A stretch of 64,000 nt of DNA from Bacilli bacterium (GTDB taxonomy: Bacteria; Bacillota_I; Bacilli_A; RFN20; CAG-826). Of the stretch, positions 56,400 through 64,000 are shown piece by piece (within the stretch, counting starts at the first letter, position 1; the number at the start of each line of letters is the position of its first letter). The translations under genes and the position numbers were made by a program. Location: assembly GCA_045597865.1 (NCBI GenBank), contig JAZLKX010000052.1, positions 160,001 to 224,000 on the forward strand, given 5' to 3'. The notes under the pieces are model-generated. The model had not been told where the DNA came from. It made no database searches and saw only the letters and a program-made list of their open reading frames with translations.

Positions 56400-56872
56400 T
56401 GGAAAACGAAGTTCAAATTGAAGTTCAGACAACTGCTCAGAAAGAACAGGTTCCAACCGACTTCCTTTCATTCCTTGCCAGCACAACAGACAATGAATGT
56501 TCAAAACTTTACACCTTTGCAGTTGATGCACTAACCTTTTCAAATAAGGTAAACATTTATCATTGGACTTGTAAGTCCGGTTTCCAGCATACACACTTTG
56601 AAGAAGTTTACGAAATCATCAGAAAGTTTGCTGACAGGCTCGTTGAAACGGTCATGTCAATGGGTTACGAATTTAAGATCGAGTCAAAGAACTATCTGAT
56701 TAACGGTGAACTATTTGATTTTGAAGGTGCTATGCTAAAGCTTCAGGCATTCCGAGATGAGCTAGAAGCGAAAAAGAAACAGTACTCTACTAAGATTTCT
56801 TTGGATAATCTCTTTGGCGATACCATTGAGGCGTTGGATAAAGAAATCGGGCTCTTAAAGAATTTTACCTAA
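56399..56872 (+). CDS. ferritin/Dps-like four-helix protein
   Basis: IYHW...G..HT.FEEVY...D.LVE pattern. Confidence 0.65.
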   Translation: MENEVQIEVQTTAQKEQVPTDFLSFLASTTDNECSKLYTFAVDALTFSNKVNIYHWTCKSGFQHTHFEEVYEIIRKFADRLVETVMSMGYEFKIESKNYLINGELFDFEGAMLKLQAFRDELEAKKKQYSTKISLDNLFGDTIEALDKEIGLLKNFT

Positions 56873-56889
56873 GGGTTTAAAACATACTG

Positions 56890-56918
56890 CCGTGGACTGA
56901 AACATGTCCACGGTTTTT
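56890..56918 (+). terminator. rho-independent terminator
   Basis: CCGTGGAC...GTCCACGG plus T run. Confidence 0.8.
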
Positions 56919-57019
56919 CAGACTTATAAACCTAGGATATTGGGTTTGAAAACCTAATAAATAATTTAAGAGTATGGAAATAACACATCTCGGTGTATAA
57001 AACAAATTGGAGGATTAAC

Positions 57020-57982
57020 ATGGATAAGATTATTGAAAAACTTGCTGGTGTCCTTTCCGCAGAAGACTTGAATGAAGTCAAGGCTGCATTTGAGGCTGCT
57101 GTCACTGAACGCTTGCAAGCTAAACTTGATGAAGAAACTTCAAATCTTGCCAAGAAAGCTGAAGAATTCTGCCAGTTGAGAATCAAGGAAGCAGTTGAAA
57201 AGAAGACTGCTGAATTGGAAAACCTAGCTAATAAGTATTGTGAAGAACGCTGTGCCAAGATTACTGAAAAGGCACAGGCTCGCCTTGATGCTCAAACCAA
57301 GCAGTTGGAAGAAGCAGCTCAGCAATACATTTACATGTTCTTTGAAGAAAAGTATCAGGAACGTTGCGGCCAGGATCTCAAGGAGCTCGAAGAAAGCTTG
57401 ATTGGTACCCTTGACAATTATCTTGAGTATACTATCTCCGAAAAGATTAGTCCTGCACTTATTAAGCAAACTGCTATCAACGAAACATACGAGCCGATCA
57501 TCAAGGTCATTCAGAACGCTTTTGAAGACAAGTTTGTGCCGCTTGACACAACTGGTACTCGCAAGATTCAGGAATGCAAGGTTGAAAACGCTCAGTTGAG
57601 AAAGGATCTTGCTACTCAGTGCAATGAAGTTCATCGCTTGAATGAAATGGTGGACAAGGCTAATAAGCGTGCCCTTATTGCTGAAAAGACAGCTGGTCTA
57701 GCACCCTCACAGGTTGCTAGAGTCAAGAACATGTTTGAAAGCAAGAGCTATGCTGCTACAAAGAAGGAAATTGATTCCTATGTTGAAGTAATGAATGAAC
57801 GTGCCCCTCTTATGAAGAGACCGGCTCAGCGCCTTCAGGAAAACACAACATTGAAAACAAAATCCTTGAATGTAGAAGATACCACGGAAGATATCATTAC
57901 TGAAAAATATCAGCCAAAGAAGAAAATGTCACAGACGGATTCCTTCTTGCTCCAGGCTGCTCACTTTTCAAGAGAAAAATAA
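57020..57982 (+). CDS. prohead scaffolding protein (T4 gp22-like)
   Basis: FEAAV, LDNYLEY, coiled coil; directly upstream of MCP; GGAGG RBS. Confidence 0.85.
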   Translation: MDKIIEKLAGVLSAEDLNEVKAAFEAAVTERLQAKLDEETSNLAKKAEEFCQLRIKEAVEKKTAELENLANKYCEERCAKITEKAQARLDAQTKQLEEAAQQYIYMFFEEKYQERCGQDLKELEESLIGTLDNYLEYTISEKISPALIKQTAINETYEPIIKVIQNAFEDKFVPLDTTGTRKIQECKVENAQLRKDLATQCNEVHRLNEMVDKANKRALIAEKTAGLAPSQVARVKNMFESKSYAATKKEIDSYVEVMNERAPLMKRPAQRLQENTTLKTKSLNVEDTTEDIITEKYQPKKKMSQTDSFLLQAAHFSREK

Positions 57983-58064
57983 AAAGTCAAATAATAAATA
58001 AAATAAAATGACAAACTAAATAGTTTGTCTCAGTGATTTAATTCAAAACTCATCGGAGGATTAA

Positions 58065-59348
58065 ATGAGAGGAATCAGACAAGAAATCGTTGAGCGCTGG
58101 ACAAAGGAAGTTCCGGAAGGAATTTCTGTCGCCGACATTCAGAATCGCTATATCCGCGAAAACGTCGCTCAGTTGATGGAAAACCAGCAGAATGACGCAA
58201 TGCATTCTACATTGAACGAAGACTTTGGTATTGGCGTGGGCGCTCCGCTCGGTGCTGACCAGGGTATCCCACACGGTGGTGACGCTAAGGCAGTTTTTGC
58301 TCCAGTTTCACTTGCACTCGTTCGCCGTGTGTTCCCGCAGTTGTTCGCAAACGTTCTCGTTGGCGTTCAGGCAATGCAGGGTCCTGTAGGTCTTGCTTAC
58401 GCTATGCGTACTGTCTATAAGGACGAACTTGACCAGGGTAAGGTTGTTGAAGCTGCATGGAAGGACGTTCCAGAATACTCTGGCTTCACAGGTTCTACTG
58501 CAAATACTTCTGGCAAGATTGATGCTGGTACTGCAGTTGAAACTCAGGCTGCTGAAGGTTGGTCTATCAATGATCATGACAAGCAGGGTAAGATCCCTGA
58601 ATTGGCTATCATGTTCAGCCGTCAGGCTATCGTAGCTGGCACTCGTAAGATTGCTTCTAGCTTCAGCCTTGAATCTATTGATGACATCAAGAAGATGCAG
58701 GGTGTTGACATGGTTAACGACATGGTTAACGTTCTTCAGTACGAATTGACTGCTGAAATTGACCGTGAAACAATCGCTCGTTGTAAGGCTCTTACCAAGC
58801 TTAAGACAATCCGTCCTGCTGCTGAAGCTGCTACTGACGGTTGGTCTGGACGTTGGTCTCAGGAACGTTTGAGCAACATTGTTACTCACATTATCGCTGC
58901 TTCTAACGATATTGCTATCGCAACTCGTAAGGCACCTGGTAACATTGCTGTTGTTTCTCCTGCTGTCGCAACTGCTCTTCAGTCTGCAACACAGTTCTTC
59001 AACAAGATCACACACGAAGTAACAGGTTCTACTGCAACAGTTGAAGTTGGTACTTTGAACGGTGGTCAGATTAAGGTTTACCGCGATGCTTACGCTGTAA
59101 ATAAGGGCGTTGATAACGAAGAAGTTCTCATCGCTTATAAGGGCGCATCTAACGATGACGCTGGCGTAATCTTCTGTCCGTACGTTACTGGCGTGGTTAA
59201 CCAGGCTATTGACCCGAACACATTCAGCCCTCGTATCGGTATCATGACTCGCTATGCATTTGCTAACAACATGCTCGGCGCAGATAACTACTACCGTACA
59301 TTGAAGTTCGAAGGTCTTGCTGGTAAGATTGCTGGTGATACATACTAA
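58065..59348 (+). CDS. major capsid protein (T4 gp23-like)
   Basis: LMENQ, LVRRVFPQL.A..LVGVQAMQGPVGLAYA, EIDRE, FCPY, F.PRIG.MTRY; predicted LNE|D maturation site at residue 52/53. Confidence 0.96.
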   Translation: MRGIRQEIVERWTKEVPEGISVADIQNRYIRENVAQLMENQQNDAMHSTLNEDFGIGVGAPLGADQGIPHGGDAKAVFAPVSLALVRRVFPQLFANVLVGVQAMQGPVGLAYAMRTVYKDELDQGKVVEAAWKDVPEYSGFTGSTANTSGKIDAGTAVETQAAEGWSINDHDKQGKIPELAIMFSRQAIVAGTRKIASSFSLESIDDIKKMQGVDMVNDMVNVLQYELTAEIDRETIARCKALTKLKTIRPAAEAATDGWSGRWSQERLSNIVTHIIAASNDIAIATRKAPGNIAVVSPAVATALQSATQFFNKITHEVTGSTATVEVGTLNGGQIKVYRDAYAVNKGVDNEEVLIAYKGASNDDAGVIFCPYVTGVVNQAIDPNTFSPRIGIMTRYAFANNMLGADNYYRTLKFEGLAGKIAGDTY

Positions 59349-59400
59349 TCGGTAGTCGGTAAATTAACAAGAAACATTTTTTCATAGGAGAAATAAAAAT

Positions 59401-59910
59401 ATGAAACCTACAGTTCAAGCTCCTGACTTCTACAAGATTGGTAATGACTACGCTCAGGCACCGCTTTCTAGTTTCTTTGATACATCAGTATTGCCTGCTG
59501 ACGAAATTGAAAAGAAGGCATTGGCAATTCTTGGTTATAAGGCAGTTCCCGCAGAAGTTACAGATGAAACTCAGGCTGGTTATGATAAGTGGATGACATG
59601 GTCAGCACTTACTGCACAGCTTGCTGAAACACCTGCATTCTATCAGGATGGCATCTATACCAAGCTCGCTGCTGATCTCGCAGCTGGCGAATACAGCGCT
59701 GCTCCGTTCAAGAATCCGGAAGGCTTTAACAAGCGCCGCGTATACGAAGATGACAAGACTGTTCTTCTTAACGTTGGTGAAACCTACGGTAAGGACGGCG
59801 AAAACGTTAAGGTTACTGAAGACAAGGAACAGCCTGCATACGACTCTAAGCAGTACGGTGCAGCTGATATCGTTGCCGAAGAACAGTACGTTGAAGGTGA
59901 CGAAGCCTAA
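59401..59910 (+). CDS. probable abundant capsid-associated (decoration-like) protein
   Basis: Co-transcribed after MCP, AGGAG RBS, codon usage like the MCP gene. Confidence 0.5.
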   Translation: MKPTVQAPDFYKIGNDYAQAPLSSFFDTSVLPADEIEKKALAILGYKAVPAEVTDETQAGYDKWMTWSALTAQLAETPAFYQDGIYTKLAADLAAGEYSAAPFKNPEGFNKRRVYEDDKTVLLNVGETYGKDGENVKVTEDKEQPAYDSKQYGAADIVAEEQYVEGDEA

Positions 59911-59931
59911 TCTGAAAGTCAGATAAAAATT

Positions 59932-59962
59932 AAAAAGCTACCCTTTCGGGGGTAGCTTTTTT
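59932..59962 (+). terminator. rho-independent terminator
   Basis: AAAAAGCTACCC-TTTCGG-GGGTAGCTTTTT. Confidence 0.9.
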
Positions 59963-60010
59963 CGTCTAATAAATACAACAAAAATTAAACCATTCGTGAG
60001 GTGATTTATT

Positions 60011-60838
60011 ATGGAATCTAAAAAGATTATTCGTAATGTCAATGTCGGCGGCGAACTTGGTTCCGCTGCTGAAGATGCAATGACACAGGCAGGTGTTGGC
60101 GTATCGCAAATGCCTGAAGATGCCGTTATTATTAACAATTCTATGCTGCCATCAAAAGGTGTATGCTATGGCGGAAAACAGCTTTATATTACGCCGTTGA
60201 CTTCCAAGAACTTAAAGGACCTCAATACAATGACTGAAGAAACAGCAAACGCAACGCTTAATAATGTTCTTGCTGAACGAATTGGCGGTATTGACCATCG
60301 TGATATTCTTCAGGGTGATAAGATCTGGCTTATCTTCTACCTTCGTGCAGTTACATACGATGATTTCCCAATCTTTATGAAGTACAACTGTCCAGACTGC
60401 AAACGCGCTGATGTTTATAAAATGCGCATGGCTGACTTGAATGTCAATTATGTTAAGGAAGATTTTGACTTCAAGCTAAAGCTACCTAAGTCAAATGATT
60501 TGCTTACTTTGCGTTTCCCAACATTGGGACATGAAGCAAAGGGCGAAAAGCTCAAGAATGATACCAACATCATTGAAGCAGTTGACCCTGAACTTGTTGA
60601 CGTATCTTTGTATATTGCTGAAGTAAATGGCGAAAGCTTGACTACATACGAAGCATATAACTACACAAAGAACATGAAGGCATTGGACTTCGCAGCATTC
60701 ACAAACAATATGATTGACAACAACATTGGTCTAAACCCAATCGTTGAAATCCCTTGTGCATGTGGCATAGTTGTATCTAAGAGAATTGGATTTACACCTG
60801 ATTTCTTCATGCCTAAGTTTGATAAGTATCAGGCTTAA
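60011..60838 (+). CDS. baseplate hub assembly protein (T4 gp26-like)
   Basis: LPSKG..Y, GD...L...LRA..Y, CPDC, LRFPT, C.CG, FF. Confidence 0.8.
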   Translation: MESKKIIRNVNVGGELGSAAEDAMTQAGVGVSQMPEDAVIINNSMLPSKGVCYGGKQLYITPLTSKNLKDLNTMTEETANATLNNVLAERIGGIDHRDILQGDKIWLIFYLRAVTYDDFPIFMKYNCPDCKRADVYKMRMADLNVNYVKEDFDFKLKLPKSNDLLTLRFPTLGHEAKGEKLKNDTNIIEAVDPELVDVSLYIAEVNGESLTTYEAYNYTKNMKALDFAAFTNNMIDNNIGLNPIVEIPCACGIVVSKRIGFTPDFFMPKFDKYQA

Positions 60839-60857
60839 TTGATTTACCATCTAGCTT

Positions 60858-60884
60858 GGGTGACTATTTTAGTCACCCATTTTT
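60858..60884 (+). terminator. rho-independent terminator
   Basis: GGGTGACTA-TTT-TAGTCACCC plus T run. Confidence 0.75.
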
Positions 60885-60918
60885 CTTTATAAATAATATA
60901 AAGAAAGAAGGTACATAA

Positions 60919-63648
60919 ATGGCAAGCAATACAGACTATACCCGTTTTACCTATCAGGAGCTATTGGAGGATTTCCAAAACCGTTTAGCTTCTGATGAAC
61001 GTTTTAAGAATTTATCAGCTGCATCTATTTATCAGATGTTCATGGAATTGCTGACTGGTACAATGGACCAGACTAACTTCATGATTCAAAGAACTGCTGA
61101 AGAAGCTTTTATTGATACTGCACGTTTAGACAGTTCAGTTATTAAGTACGCAAAGAACCTTGGCTATTCACCGCGACGTCCTGCACCAGCTCAGACTGAA
61201 TTGGTAATTAAGATTAAAGGACCACTTCCAAAATCGCTGCGTCCAAAGGCAACTATATATTTCTCACAAGAAGAAGTTGACTTAACGTATAATGATAACA
61301 AGTTCATGCTAAGTACTGACTATTCCTATACATTTGATGAAGCTGATATTCGTGACGGTCAGTCAGCTACTTGGTCCAAAACACTTGTGTTTGCCAGAAA
61401 TTCCTCGTCAATGCGTTATTATGAATTGGGAGGTATTAAACTGTATTCATCAGCTGACGCCGTACCTTTAAAAGCATTTCAGGGTGAATTAAAAGTTGAA
61501 GTAATCAAAGGTACAGCCAATGTAAGAAAACTAGGGAAAAACTACCAGTATTATGATGTTGATGACCTTGAATGGTCAAACTGGTATGGACGCCGCGACC
61601 CCAATGCGTACTCCCGTGGAAGGTATTATAAGACGGCTGGATACACCAAGATTGGTATCGGTAAAACACAAAGCGAAGCTTTCAAAGAAGACAACCTCTT
61701 TGATATTGAAGACTGTTCAATTTACTTAAATGAAGGCGTTTTTGAATTTGAAGATTCCGATGAAAATGATCCACTTCGTGTATGTCAGGTTACAACTAAC
61801 CAAGACAAGACCGTTCGTATTCAGTTCGGCGATGGTGTCATTGTAAGAAACGGTATGATCCGTGATACTGAAAACATTTACATTCAGTATCTGAAGACTA
61901 AAGGTTCCGACGCAAATGCGTTGGGTACTAAAGGCAGTACCTTTACTACTACATGTAAGTTCTATGCTACGCAGGCAGGCGGTACAGTTGATGTTACCAA
62001 TAACATCCAGATTCAGTTGAACTCAGATATTCTTGATGGTACTGATTTTGAAACCGCACAGTCAATTAAGAACAATGCTCCTAGGTATTATGCTGCCGCT
62101 GGCCGTTTGGTTACAAAGAGCGATTTCATTTCATACTTCAATGCTATGACCGCCCCTGTCAAGGTTGCTAATGCAAATGCTTGGGGACAGGATGAAATTG
62201 AAGAATTATATGAAGGCGGCACAATTACTTATAAGTACCTACAGAACTTGATTATGTACTGTATTGCCGCAAGTACATATAACATCAATGGTAAAGTGAA
62301 TAGCGTAAGAAATGTTCTTGATGAAGATGATGATGCCTTTGGCGCATTTACGGTATTTGGATCTGGCACATCATACCTACAGCATTTAACAGATTACATC
62401 AAAATGCTATTGAGTTTCAACTCATTCAACTCACAGCAATACATGCGTAACCCGTCAAAACAATGGCAGAAAAATATCAAGAAAATTCGTCAGCAACTAA
62501 ATGACAGAATGATTATGAATAGCCGCCTATACGCTATGCCGCCATTCGTACAATACTTTGATGTATGCGGTTCAGTAGAAATTGAGTCGCTTGCTAAACT
62601 TCAGGATTATAAGCTAAAGGTTGAAAATGACATTTATGAATGGCTGAATGATCATAGTGCATTCAACACGCCAATCTATAAAGCTGACATTCTAAAGTTC
62701 TTTGCTAATCGCCCAGAAACAAAAGCAATTAACCTTGACATTAAGGTATCAGAATGGATAAAGGGAACTGAAAACTGTCTGTCATACAACATCAGCGATA
62801 AATCATTTAACCAGATTTATTCAATGAATCGCAACTTACCCGGGGCTCCTTCATATACAAATGAAGGCGACCATATCAACTATAACGTAATCACATTACC
62901 AAGGACTGATGCAAATGGTAATCGTTTAACTGCTGACAGTTTACGAAACAAAAACATTCGTATAAAGCTATATGGCTATAACTCCGCCGACCGTGAAACA
63001 AAGTTCAGAAATGAATTCCAGTTTACTCCGTACGAAGTAACTGAAACATCGCAGAACATTGTGATTAGCATGTATGGTTACCAATCACGTTCGAAATATG
63101 ATGTGATTAACCAACAGGCAATGATTTATGTTTACGTAGTTTCATCTGGTGACTTTGCATCTACAACAAACTTCTCAACAGCAAACGCACAATCTTACGG
63201 TCTTACTCAGGCTCAGGTAGCTGCGGTTGAAAATGATCTTAAGCGTTGGATTCAAAACGCTACAGTTGTTCGTGAAGCTGACCGTGCTATTCCATTGCCG
63301 TATTATGTTGAAACGATGGACGAGATTACTCGTCAAGAAACAATCTTGCGTGTTGGCGCTGTACAGAATCAGCTTGAAACTGAATTGACTGAAAAATCAT
63401 TCTGGCAGTATATGGTGCCACAGATAATTTCAAAATACTACTATTCATCATTTACTGATATGAATGATGAAGACGTGAATGGCACTTTATGGAATAACAT
63501 CAATAACCTTGTGGTGGATATATATAAACTGATGAAGGCAACATTCTGTGATTCAGTTCTTGATGATAACAATAACATCGTGAACTTCTCAATGGATAAT
63601 GAATTGCCCGTCGTTCGTTTGAACATCACCTATAAGTATAGGAGCTAA
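60919..63648 (+). CDS. baseplate wedge protein (T4 gp6-like)
   Basis: EAFIDTARLDSSV...AKNLGYSP, IQFGDG, YLKT.G..AN, E...SIK.NAP......RLVT..D. Confidence 0.9.
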   Translation: MASNTDYTRFTYQELLEDFQNRLASDERFKNLSAASIYQMFMELLTGTMDQTNFMIQRTAEEAFIDTARLDSSVIKYAKNLGYSPRRPAPAQTELVIKIKGPLPKSLRPKATIYFSQEEVDLTYNDNKFMLSTDYSYTFDEADIRDGQSATWSKTLVFARNSSSMRYYELGGIKLYSSADAVPLKAFQGELKVEVIKGTANVRKLGKNYQYYDVDDLEWSNWYGRRDPNAYSRGRYYKTAGYTKIGIGKTQSEAFKEDNLFDIEDCSIYLNEGVFEFEDSDENDPLRVCQVTTNQDKTVRIQFGDGVIVRNGMIRDTENIYIQYLKTKGSDANALGTKGSTFTTTCKFYATQAGGTVDVTNNIQIQLNSDILDGTDFETAQSIKNNAPRYYAAAGRLVTKSDFISYFNAMTAPVKVANANAWGQDEIEELYEGGTITYKYLQNLIMYCIAASTYNINGKVNSVRNVLDEDDDAFGAFTVFGSGTSYLQHLTDYIKMLLSFNSFNSQQYMRNPSKQWQKNIKKIRQQLNDRMIMNSRLYAMPPFVQYFDVCGSVEIESLAKLQDYKLKVENDIYEWLNDHSAFNTPIYKADILKFFANRPETKAINLDIKVSEWIKGTENCLSYNISDKSFNQIYSMNRNLPGAPSYTNEGDHINYNVITLPRTDANGNRLTADSLRNKNIRIKLYGYNSADRETKFRNEFQFTPYEVTETSQNIVISMYGYQSRSKYDVINQQAMIYVYVVSSGDFASTTNFSTANAQSYGLTQAQVAAVENDLKRWIQNATVVREADRAIPLPYYVETMDEITRQETILRVGAVQNQLETELTEKSFWQYMVPQIISKYYYSSFTDMNDEDVNGTLWNNINNLVVDIYKLMKATFCDSVLDDNNNIVNFSMDNELPVVRLNITYKYRS

Positions 63649-63651
63649 TTT

Positions 63652-64000
63652 ATGTCAATGTATGTTGACACAAAATACCAAAACTTTTTAGCAACGATTA
63701 CGGTTAAGAGTGACTCAATAGACGCCATTGATTTATATAATCCAGCGTTTCATATTGACTTTACTAATCAGTTTGATGCTGCTGCGAATGCAATTAAAAT
63801 TGCTGAGCTGATTGATGAAAGAGCTGGCTATGAAAAGATAAATGCAGCTGCTATTGCCGAAGCTGAAAATGTATTGGATGATTTACACAAGAAGCTACGT
63901 TATGTAAGCACAGCTGCGGAAAAAGATGAACTGCAAAATGAATGTAAGAAACAAACTGTTATAATCAATTCATTAACACAAGAAATATGGCAATGTGAGC
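63652..64000 (+). CDS. hypothetical protein (partial, runs off the window)
   Basis: AGGAG RBS, ATG 63652, open to the end. Confidence 0.55.
   Translation, partial: MSMYVDTKYQNFLATITVKSDSIDAIDLYNPAFHIDFTNQFDAAANAIKIAELIDERAGYEKINAAAIAEAENVLDDLHKKLRYVSTAAEKDELQNECKKQTVIINSLTQEIWQCE

Larger units (their letters stand above)
8555..60896 (+). promoter_or_regulatory. dispersed T4-type late promoters (T/A)ATAAATA
   Basis: TATAAATA at about 8555, 17258, 22042, 25146, 27838, 37682, 46232, 46608, 48517, 49377, 52307, 55428, 60888; AATAAATA variants before many other structural genes. Confidence 0.8.

Noticed and set aside
58308-59015. Long antisense ORFs (also 18836, 57224 and others)
   Set aside because: They are shadows of strongly biased sense-strand codon usage in clear structural or enzyme genes
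1-64000. Stop-codon reassignment as seen in some gut jumbo phages
   Set aside because: Core genes are full length in the standard code, and TAG and TGA end genes at sensible boundaries
1-64000. tRNA genes
   Set aside because: I saw no cloverleaf with a T-loop GTTCGA and acceptor stem in the intergenic gaps; tRNAscan-SE or ARAGORN would confirm

Overview
This window is part of a large T4-like (myovirus-type, probably jumbo) phage genome using the standard genetic code, with almost every gene on the + strand. It holds most T4-type morphogenesis genes in scrambled order: gp2, gp15, gp14, gp18, gp13, gp21, N-half of gp17, gp53, gp25, gp16, gp20, gp19, gp22, gp23, gp26 and gp6. Many sit behind their own T4-like late promoter ((T/A)ATAAATA). 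Also present are a GyrB/GyrA-type topoisomerase II, a C5 DNA methyltransferase, a DinG helicase, anaerobic NrdD (suggesting an anaerobic host), RegA, an amidase, four glycosyltransferases and a radical SAM enzyme. The main observations are: (1) three modular free-standing endonuclease genes, each fused to a putative DNA-modifying domain (two amino-methyltransferases, one Mom/GNAT-like); (2) a large terminase that ends in a 38-aa split-intein N-fragment whose partner is not in the window; (3) unrelated proteins sharing an N-terminal MLLSEAKxILxxxGYxLxE leader, a likely capsid-targeting signal, with cargo including an ADP-ribosyltransferase-like and an HD-domain protein; (4) a basic protein carrying a copy of the mature major capsid N-arm; (5) a ~300-nt structured intergenic RNA candidate; and (6) RBS-sequestering hairpins with a late promoter in the loop. 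All calls come from motif recognition by eye; no database search was run.
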